Shown here: in pieces, positions 54,739 to 64,000 of the stretch
Layout of the letters: every line of letters begins with the position of its first letter
Numbering within the stretch: the first letter of the stretch is position 1
Assembly (NCBI GenBank): GCA_051294375.1
Contig: CM119263.1
Location: 8,808,908 to 8,872,907, forward strand
Direction of reading: 5' to 3'
Length of the DNA: 64,000 bases
Source: Paraspadella gotoi
Lineage: Eukaryota > Animalia > Chaetognatha
The notes under the pieces: model-generated
The model's input: the letters and a program-made list of their open reading frames with translations, nothing else
The model's database searches: none
What the model was told of the DNA's origin: nothing
Position numbers and translations under genes: made by a program

Positions 54739-57700
54739 AATAAATCTGGAAAAGGAGCCCCCGACGAACAGACGGAAAGGACAATCGAGACACAAGTAAC
54801 AAGTAACCGAGAACCTCCGTGAGAAACTCACGGGTGAGACTACACGATTGAAGAGCGAATGGGCGAATCTTAAGAAGGACGAAACTCAAATTATTGCCTC
54901 TGCGTCTTCATCAAGAAAGAATGAATCGACATTAACGAAGGACAAAACTTCTCGTATCGGAGGGAAACGAGAAAATTCGTTATTAACTTTTTTGAAAAAT
55001 CCGACGCGGGCGAGAGAAGAGAGAGGAGAAAGAGAGAGAGAGCGAGAACGAGGAGAGAGAGAGAGAGAGGTGACAGAAGAGGAGACGAGAGTCAACGCAG
55101 CAGTGGAACAGGGAGAGGAGAAGAGATACGAGACAGCAGGCGGAAGAGTCAGCGAGAGCGAGAGGAGCTGAGAGAGAGAAGATACAGCGAAGAGAGAGAC
55201 TAGAATATAAATAATAACTCATAATATAGACGAGAGAGAGACGCAGAAGAAGAGAGGGAGAGAGAGAGAACAAGAGAGGGGATGAGAAGAGACGGGGAGA
55301 GAGAAGAGAGACGATAGACGAGACACAGAGTAGAGAGAAGAGGGTCTAGAGAGTACTGAGAGAGAGAAGAATAGCACAGCGGATGAGAGAGACGGGTGAG
55401 AGAAGAGAGGGGAGAAATAAGAGAGAGAAGAGAGAATTAGAGAGAGAGAGATGAGTAAGAGAAGAGAGAAGAGAGAAGCACGAGAGAGAAGAGATTTGCA
55501 AGAGAAGTGATGCAGATGAGAGGAGAGAGAATGAGAGAGTAGGTGAGAGAGAGAATAGGAGAGTAGGGTGAGTAGAGACGAGAAGATGAGTGGGTTGGGG
55601 AGTAACGCGAGCGCAAGTCTGTGAACAGAGAGAATCCGGAAAGGGAAGAGAAAAAGAAAATAGAGAGAAAGAAAAAAAGAAAGTTACGATTAGAGAGCGA
55701 GACGCAGGGGGGAGTGCGTTCGAATGTTGCCTCTCGATTGAACGCTTTTGGGAATTCTGTGACCGAGAAACGGAGTTCCGGGACGCAAGAGGATTCCCAA
55801 CTCACGATAAAGACTCTGGGTGAGAAGCGGAGATCCGAGCGCAAGCTGCTCTTCCGCTTTCAAGAGTCTTCGGTTTCTCAACAGACTCTGTGTCTTTTTT
55901 TTGCACTCTCTATCTCTCTCTCTCGATCTCTCTATCCTCTATCTCTTTAGGAAAAAGCAAGAGTTTTGATCGTTCAGCAAATGTGGAACATATCCCTCAC
56001 CCAAAAGTCAGAAATATCTGGACGAAGGAAGATTAAAAGGATAACGAAGATAGTTCCCAGATGCGAGCGACGTCGACGACGTACAGACAACGTAAGAAAC
56101 GACGAATGAAATAGGCATGGTATACATAATGCGTAAGTAATTAGGCGAGCCGAGAGAGACGTAGACAATATTTCTTGCAGCGGTAACCAGAGAAAAATGT
56201 TATTTTATAAATGTGATAAATTAATAGCACTTGCCATTCTTGTTTGTGAGTGTATTCGTGACGACAGATGAGGAGACTGACAGAGAGAAGAGGAGAGAAA
56301 GAGAGAGAGAGAGAGAAAGAGGAGAGCTTACTTCACCTACGTGATACGAAGGAGCAAGAAGCGGAAGAGGAGGATATTACCAAACTTTCCGTTGTACCGG
56401 AGTAGAATCTGAGGACTGTGCCTAGAGGATGGCGTGTCTGGCTTCGATTCTACAAGTAGATACCAACAGAGAAAGAGAAGGAAGGAAGATGGGTAACGGA
56501 GAAAGAAAATTATAATAGGCGAAAAAGAAAGGAAGTGAAAGGTAAAAAGCTCTAGAGAACGGGATATTAAGAAAGCAGAGACAAGATTGGAAGAGAAGAG
56601 AAAGGAGAGAAAAGGGAGGACGAATGAAGGAAGGAAAGAGATAGAGTAAGTATAACAGATTACAGAGAAAACGGGCGCGATTAAGGAGAGCAAAAGTATG
56701 TAACCTAGGGTTACAGGGTGTTCGAGCTGACTAAAAGCTGCCCGAGGCTTGGAACGCATCTTGCCTTATAACAAGCCTGAAAAAACGCCTACTTTGTCGA
56801 GAACCACTGTATTTTCTGTCTGTCAATACAGTCAAAATGCCAGTCGTGCAAGATAAACGATCAAATTAATAGTATTGTAGAAGTGTTCAAGAACCTTTAA
56901 CAGTGTCAATTGACTGATCCAAATACACATCAACTAATCTAAATTTTAAACTGTTCATTCATTCAATTAACATACTTCCACTAATCTGGGCAAAGTGAGC
57001 AATGACTGTTTCATGAAACAAACTCCGTATTGGCTCTTGTAGAAATATTTAATCCCCGCCGGGCTCCCGCGCTTCTCTGTCTTCCAAAACGTCTATCCGG
57101 CACAACAATTCTAACTGCCCATAGAACGGCGTGTACAATACATGGTAAACATAAGTACAAAACGGGCGTCACGATACAACGGCTAGCGCGACTATTCGGC
57201 AACACTCCCCGGTGAGACATCGCCCTTCAAACATGGACGACCGACAATAGTCACTCACGGTAGCGGAGAGCCCAGCTCTATTCGGACTAACCGGTCAAGG
57301 CAATGTAAAGTTTGTAGTTGTCTGTTCATGAACGACCCAGGGTGGACAAAATCCGCGTCTCCTCCCCCGATTTACCGCTCGTGTCCGTCCCCGTTGAATC
57401 CTGCGTTTCGATCTCTTGTTCGCTCTCCTTGATCGANNNNNNNNNNNNNNNNNNNNNNNNNATAATCTGGAAAAGGCCGACGACGAAAGGACAAGTCGAG
57501 ACAAAGAAAAGACGGAACCTCCGTGAGACTCACGGTGAGACTCACGATGAGCGATGGCGAATTTAAGAAGGACGAACTCAAATTTTCCCTGCGTCTTCAT
57601 CAAAAGAATGAATCGACTTAACGAAGGACAAATTCTCTCGAGGGAAACGAGAATCTTATTACTTTTTGAAAATCCGACGGGGCGAGAAGGGAGAGAGAGA

Positions 57701-58501
57701 GGCACGAGAGAGAGAGAGAGAGATTGAGAGAGAGAGATGAGGTTGAGACGACGTAAGACCTGATACAGAAGAGAGTATGAGAGAGAAGAGGGAAGAGGAA
57801 AGAGATGAGGGTGAGGAGTGGAAGAGGATAGAGGAAGAGACAGAGTATTAATAATATAATACTATAGTATTAGAGAGGAGAGGAAGAGAGAGTAGAGAGA
57901 GAAAATAGACGAGGTGTTGAATGAGAGAGGGATAAGAGAGAGAGAGATAGATGAGACAGAGCAGAGAGAAGAGAGGGAGTGAGAGAGCGAGAGATGAGAG
58001 AAAGACCAGAGATTAGCTGAGTGAGGTGAGAGAGAGGGACGAGAAGAAGTCAGCAGAGAGAGAGCAGTGAAGTAGATGAGAGAATAGAGAAAGAGAGAGA
58101 AGAGAGAGATGTAGAGAGAATTGAAGAGAAAGGTCGATGAGATGAGAGGAGAGAGATATGAGAGAAGTAAGGTGAGAGAAGAGAGAGAAGGACTGAGTGG
58201 GTGACGTTGAGACGAGAGAGAGAGAGAGGGTGGGGAGTGCGAGCGAGTGTGAAGAGAGGAATCGGAAAGGGAAGAAAAAAGAAAAGAGAGAAAGAAAAAA
58301 AGAAAGTTAGATAGAGAGCGAGAGAGGGGGAGTGCCTCGAATCTGCCTCATGAACGCTTTGGGAATTCTGTGACCGAGAAACGAGTTCCGGGGAGAAGAG
58401 GATTCCCAACCACGATAAGACTCTTGGGGAGAAGCGGAGATCCGACCCAACTCTCTTCCGCTTCCAAGAGTCTTCGGTTTCTCAGACCGTCTGTCTTTTT
58501 T

Positions 58502-58540
<39 letters not shown>

Positions 58541-58795
58541 CTCTTTAGGAAAAACAGAGAGTTTGAGTCAGCAAATGGAACATATCCTCACCAAGTCATT
58601 TGGACGAAGGAAGATTAAAAGGATAACGAAGATATTCCCAGTGACGAGCGACGTCGACGACGACGACAACGAAGACGACGATGAAATAGGGCATGTAACT
58701 AATGCGAGTAATTAGGGCGAGAGAATAGAATTTCTTTGTCCAGGTAACCAGAAAAAATGTATTTTAAAATTAAATTAATGCACCATTTTGTTTGA

Positions 58796-58854
<59 letters not shown>

Positions 58855-59163
58855 CTACTTCACCTACGTACATAGAGAGAAGTAAGCGGAAGAGAGAGGA
58901 TATACAACTTCCGTGTCGGAGTAATCGAGGACGTCCCTGAGATGGGCGTGTCTGGCCTTCGATTACAAGAGAACAACAGAAGAAAGAGAAGGAAGGGAAT
59001 GGTAAGGAGAAAGAAAATTAAAGGGAAAAAAGAAAGGAAGTGAAAGGAAAAGCTGCTAAAAGGGATTTAAGAAAGAAAAAGATGGAGAGAAGAGAAAGGA
59101 AGAAAAGGGACGAATGAAGGAAGGAAAGAAAGATAGTATAGATAAGAGAAAACGGGCGCGATT
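54628..59163 (+). repeat. Noisy direct duplication (about 54628-56690 vs 57462-59163), probable gap-fill artefact
   Basis: Shared anchors in the same order: AATCTGGAAAAGG, GAAGGACGAAACTCAAATT, GGGAATTCTGTGACCGAGAAAC, GAAGATTAAAAGGATAACGAAGAT, GAAAACGGGCGCGATT. Differences are indel-rich, and the second copy is bounded by two 25-N gaps. Confidence 0.8.
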
Positions 59164-60310
59164 NNNNNNNNNNNNNNNNNNNNNNNNNACGAGAGAGGAT
59201 GGATCGACCGCGGAGGATGAGCAGAGTGCCGCTTCGCAAGAAAAGCGGACATCACGGATATGATGGGGCAGAGGCGTGCCGTCAGGTGACGAAAGGCCGG
59301 AGCGAACCGCAATCAAACGGGAACGGCGAAAGACGGCGTCAGCTGGCGACGAGGGACAACGCGAGCGACGCCATCTTACCCTGCAAGCAATGGGGCAGAC
59401 GACGGTGGAGACGCAGAGACGCGTGACGGCGAAGGAGAAGCGAACAAGAGAATCGAAACGGCAGAGTCGGGGACGGGGAAACGACGCGAAAGCGGGGGGA
59501 GGAGACGCGGATTTGTCGGCAGCCTGGTCGTCACTGAAACCAGACAACTAGACTTGACCCTCATGCTCACTGGGTCAAGACATACAAACTTTACATTGCC
59601 GTGCTCGGGCGAAGAGCTTGGCTCCCGCGGTGAGTGACTCATTCGGTCGTTCATGAGTCGAAGGGTCGACCGGAGGGAAGTGTGCGAATAGTGCGCTAAC
59701 GTTGTAGCGTGGACGCGTTTTGTAGCTTAAGTTAGCGCATTGTTTAGGCAACGCGTTTCTAGGCAGTTGAGAATTTGGACCGATAGACGTTTTGGAAGAA
59801 AGAGAGCGCGGAGGCCGGGGAATTATTTCAACAAAAGTAAGCGGTTTCATAAAACAGGTCATGTGCTCACATTGCCTAGATTAGTGAGTATTTAATTGAA
59901 ATGAACTTGAAATAATTAGTGATTTATTGATCATGCAATTGCAGCTGTTAAAGGTTTTGAACACCTGTCACAATCACGATTACATTTGATCGTGTCTGAC
60001 AGCTGGCATTTTGAGCTTATTGACAGACATGTAAAATCAGGTTTTCTCGAAAGTAGGCGTTTTTTTATTTAATAAGAAGATGCGCTTTCCGCCTCGAGGA
60101 GCTTTTATCAGACAACACTTCAACAAGCATGCAGGTTTACATATTTTGTCTCTTCTCGCGTTGTCCTCGTCGCCAGCTACGCCCGTCTTTCGCCGTTCCG
60201 TTGATGCGTCGCTCGGCTTCGTCACCTTGACGACGCCTCTGCATCATATCGTGATGTCCCGTTTTCTTGGAGCGGCACTCTGCTTCATCCTCCGGTCGAT
60301 CCGGTTTTCA
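56700..60310. repeat. Nested inverted duplications: 56700-57436 = revcomp of ~59420-60130; 59199-59365 = revcomp of ~60150-60310
   Basis: Anchor pairs: AAATCCGCGTCTCCTCCCCC / GGGGGAGGAGACGCGGATTT; GGCAATGTAAAGTTTGTA / TACAAACTTTACATTGCC; CTTCCAAAACGTCTATC / GATAGACGTTTTGGAAG; AGCTGGCGACGAGG / CCTCGTCGCCAGCT. Confidence 0.75.
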
Positions 60311-61950
60311 CACGCAAGAGACGGTGGCGACGGCGCTCCTCTATTGCGTAAGATGGTGACTCGTCTTCTGTCCATAGTGTTGACGAGGTGAATGATGAGG
60401 TAAGTTTGTTTATTAAAGCTTAAACTAAAATCAAATCATGTATAAAAAAAGTGTGAATTTCACCGATGATCATCTTTAAATATCTAATGTTATTTTCAAT
60501 TTTTTTTTTAGTTTATCGCTCTCCAAGGCGGTCTTTTACGGACGGAAGACGAAGGGGAGGGTTTCCGGCTGCAGTCCATGGCCCTTGAACTGGTCGAAAT
60601 TCTTGAGTTTGCTCTTTCCTCCTTTGAGCTAAATATTTGCGGGGGTCTTCTTGATCTTCGAGGTCTTCTTTCTCCCTGGCGGCGTCGACCTCTCTTCGAA
60701 TTCGTCGTAGCTCTGCGCCGACCATCTCCGAGATGTCGTTCTCCGCTTCTCTTGGTAGCGGATTTTGTACGGTCCTCTGGAGGTAAGTAATTTTATTTAT
60801 TTGGTATTTTAAACCTTTTTATTTTAGGTTTTTCTTACGGATTCATTGGCGGGGTTTGACGAAGGGAAAGATGAAATTGGTTGCGAACACGTCGCTGCCG
60901 CTCGGAATCTAGCGCGAAGTGTTGCTTTTTCGAGTTCTTTCTCGGTGAGTTCCATTCTTTGTTATTTATCTAACTGTACCTGATCAATTTAAAAACAAAC
61001 AATGACAATCACTGGACACACACGAGTTATCATCATTTTCCCCATATGTGGTACGAACAAGTTTATTGCTTATTGTTATTCCTTTTGAAGCGGACGATTC
61101 TTCACCGCTGATGTTCTGACGGGGTCGCTCCTTTCCACGTCGGGCGCCCCATCTCAGATAATACTCGCGTAGGGGACGTCCGGTGGAGAGAGTTCCCAAG
61201 AATCTTCATCCTCGCTCCTCACCATTTTACTTCTGCGGCGGCCTCTTCCCACCCGGAGTGGGGTAATACGCCGCGGCGTCGTCGTAGTACTCTAAATTTC
61301 TGTAGGCAGGTAAGTATTATTTGATAATTTTATTGTTTATATTATTATTTCTTTCAGGTTCTCCGTGGATGGACTTACTTCGCCATCTTGATTCGTTTTC
61401 GATTTTGCGTCCGTTCGAGCAAGAGATTATTCGAATATATAACTGCAATATCGACTGAACGTGAAAGGTAAGTACAAATAAAGAACGAATTATTTTTAAG
61501 AAGACAATTAATAATGAAATAGATGTCAATGAACGAAACTAAGAACGGTAAGTGAAGTTAGTAAGGATGTTCATAGATTTTTGAATTCTTGGGCGATTTC
61601 CATTTTGAGTTATTTTTGAGAGTATAGCCGCGATCCTCTTTCCTCTCGCTATTTTCCTTGTTTCTTCCGGAGAGCTTTTTCGAGAATACGACTTTCTTTC
61701 TCTCTTTCAAGAGTTTGTTCCTCATCTCCGCCATATCTTCTTTTCACAGGACTTCATCCTCGTTTTGCGTTTTTCTCTCCGCGCTTGCCGGTCTCGAGCG
61801 ATCTCGCGAGCTTTTTCAGTGGCCCATTTTCCGGAACTCGACGAGACATTCCTCTGAGTTGATTTCGTCAACCTGATGGTTCCGTCTTCTGAGTCCGACG
61901 ACGACGTTTCGTGGTGCCACTGGACACCTCGATGATCTCGATGTGTGCAT
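60150..61950 (+). ncRNA. Putative multi-exon spliced transcript with no long + strand ORF (lncRNA, antisense RNA or pseudogene)
   Basis: AT-rich GT-AG introns on + at 60400-60511, 60783-60827, 60945-61090 and 61310-61357, plus GTAAGT donors at 61468 and 61548. They separate GC-richer exons. All three + frames of exon 61091-61309 contain stops. Confidence 0.45.
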
Positions 61951-63115
61951 CGTCGAAACGATGTGTGAAATGTGAATGCTTGGTGTGTGCGTGCACTTCG
62001 AAACCGACGTTTGTTACTCGAGATTTCCTCCCCCTTTTTTGCACTCAAAAAATCCTGGACTGTATTTTTGCCTATCATTTATGATTGAGCAAAGTGTCAA
62101 TGCGCATGGTAATTATAACAAAAACTTAAATAAATCAACAACACCCTGGCTAAATAACGTAAGAAAAAACTTTTCCTTATCTATTCAATCCTCAGTTTCA
62201 TTCTTCATCAAGCTAGTTTAAGCCTCATTTAAATTTCTTCAATATTTTTCACTGTCTTAGTTTTAAAATTTTTATTTAATATATGTGATTCATTGCTGGC
62301 ACCAAACGAAATACAAATCTAATTATGACTGTATCTGTCTTCTCATTGGCTTCTCTCATTTAATCTCCCCTTGTGCAATAAGATTTATAGAATTTTTATT
62401 TCCTTTGTAAAGTTGAAAGGTCAACCTGGTCCACAAACTTTAATAGGAATTTTATTTGTTTTGACAACAATTCCACTATCGTTGTCATCGTTATTTCTCT
62501 GAGCCATAGAACACCCTTACTCTTCCTCTAACAGGATCCCTCTCAGCTCATGATATACACATCCATCCTCTTGAATGTGTTCGTGAATTTTAATCTATTC
62601 CACGAAAGATCCGTCTTTCACTCCAGAATATTTTTGCTCACATCTTTATCCTCTTGACTGTTAGTTCCAAACGAAAAATTTTAGTTTCCCCCTCCAACTT
62701 AGTCAGCTGCTCCAAGCAGTAAGTTAAAGGCGTTCTTCTCCTCGTCACACTTCCTCGTCTTTCTTCTCTTTAGACGAGCATCATAAACGAAATATTAGCA
62801 TTTTTTATCGATATTAGCAATTTGAGAATGTGAGGCCAAGCTAGGCCGAATTGTAAACAAATTTTGGCATCATAGATCTTGCTTTCATTTCTTTATTCTT
62901 TTCATAAACTTATCTTGTAGCCCAGCAATTTTTTATTCGTCAAACACATTAATTTTTCTTTTTTATTCTTTCATTTTACTGCAAGTAGAGGCAATCAAAC
63001 TGTAGTGATGAGTTTATGTGATACTTTGTGGAACCAAACCGTAGTGTCATAAACCGTAATCTTATACATTTCCGTCTTATTGATCTCATTAATCCATGAG
63101 ATGATTTGATAGAAA

Positions 63116-64000
63116 TTAAATAGTGAGAGCGGTGGGTGGAGGCTCCCCGACACTTTTCATGCAAATGACCTTTAAATCGGACTCAATAGGGACTGTATCA
63201 TGAAACAGAGTGCATAGCAAGGACTCAGCACTCAACAGCTTGAAGTTATTCTCAAACAGCAGACTTAAAAGATGAATTGCCAGTAACACGAGTTGACATG
63301 AAAGTAGCATTGCAGATTCGATAGATGTCAGGAAAAGCTTAGATGGTGGGAGCAAGACTTTCTCCTCCTCCCCTAATGGCTTCAGTATGGACTGCAGCTC
63401 TGCACAAGCTTCTTTCTTACGCAAACAACGGCCACTAACGGCCAGCAATGTGGAGTACAAAGATGGCTTCTTAATCTCAGACTCTGCAAAGTCTCCTTGA
63501 TTACAGGTGGATGGCTGGTTTGTTGATTTCTCTTCAACAGTTTCCCATTTGACAACCTCTTCTGCAAATTCCTCAGCGACTTTTTTTGCAACTTTTTCTG
63601 TAACCTTTTCCGCAATCACTTCCGCAACTTCAACAGCAACTTTATCCAAAACTTTTTCCGCAATCTCTTCCGCAACTTCTTTGGCAACATCTTCAGCAAC
63701 TTTATCCACAACTTTTTCCGCAATCTCTTCCGCAACTTCTTCAGCACCATCTTCAGTAACTTTATCCGCAATTTTTTCCGCAATCTCTTCCGCAACCTCT
63801 TCCGCGACATCAACAGCAACTTCTTCCACAACTTTTTCCGAAACTTCTTCAGCAACTACTTTTCCGCCTTCTTTTGCAACTTCATCAGCAACCTCCTCCC
63901 TAGCAACCTCCTCAGCAGCAACTTCCTCAGCAGCAACTTTTTCTTCAGAAGCAACTTCGTCAGCATCTTCTTCAGCAACAACTTCTTCTGCAGCAACTTC
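63116..64000 (-). CDS. 5'-incomplete ORF (294 aa or more): Glu/Val/Ala/Lys repeats with a 20-aa period (EEVAEEIAEKVVDKVAEDVA) plus a Leu/Cys-rich C-terminal domain; function unknown
   Basis: The frame of track ORF 63116..63829 stays open to base 64000 (EVAAEEVVAEEDADEVASEE...). 60-nt tandem units vary in a codon-preserving way. Codons are A/T-ending. Confidence 0.6.
   Translation of the reverse strand, partial: EVAAEEVVAEEDADEVASEEKVAAEEVAAEEVAREEVADEVAKEGGKVVAEEVSEKVVEEVAVDVAEEVAEEIAEKIADKVTEDGAEEVAEEIAEKVVDKVAEDVAKEVAEEIAEKVLDKVAVEVAEVIAEKVTEKVAKKVAEEFAEEVVKWETVEEKSTNQPSTCNQGDFAESEIKKPSLYSTLLAVSGRCLRKKEACAELQSILKPLGEEEKVLLPPSKLFLTSIESAMLLSCQLVLLAIHLLSLLFENNFKLLSAESLLCTLFHDTVPIESDLKVICMKSVGEPPPTALTI

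Noticed and set aside
60760-60782. GPYKI on the - strand as a gypsy integrase GPY/F motif
   Set aside because: No surrounding integrase residues and the frame has stops. Likely chance.

Overview
AT-rich, microsatellite-dense eukaryotic (most likely invertebrate animal) draft sequence. It has abundant (GA)n and (GTC)n tracts, N-gaps, and noisy duplicated blocks next to 25-N gaps that look like long-read gap-fill artefacts. I could reconstruct by hand: (1) a complete 7-exon SLC22/organic-cation-transporter-like MFS gene (+, 17098-20872, 553 aa); (2) a 2-exon, 1053-aa gene (-, 28431-31715) with acidic N-terminus, coiled coil, vWA-like domain and alpha-kinase domain, where catalytic and MIDAS residues are lost but the Zn finger is kept, so probably a vwkA-type pseudokinase; (3) a ~6 kb hAT DNA transposon (36329-42294) with an intact 671-aa transposase, carrying 17 copies of a ~60-bp hairpin unit just 3' of the transposase and inserted into a (CCGT)n Helentron/HINE-like repeat; (4) a locus at 60.1-62 kb with clean + strand GT-AG introns but no + strand ORF, whose exons read as protein-like on the - strand; (5) a 5'-incomplete Glu/Val/Ala/Lys-repeat ORF running off the right edge. 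Most other ORFs in the track are translations of simple repeats. No CRISPR array, rRNA or bona fide tRNA gene was seen.
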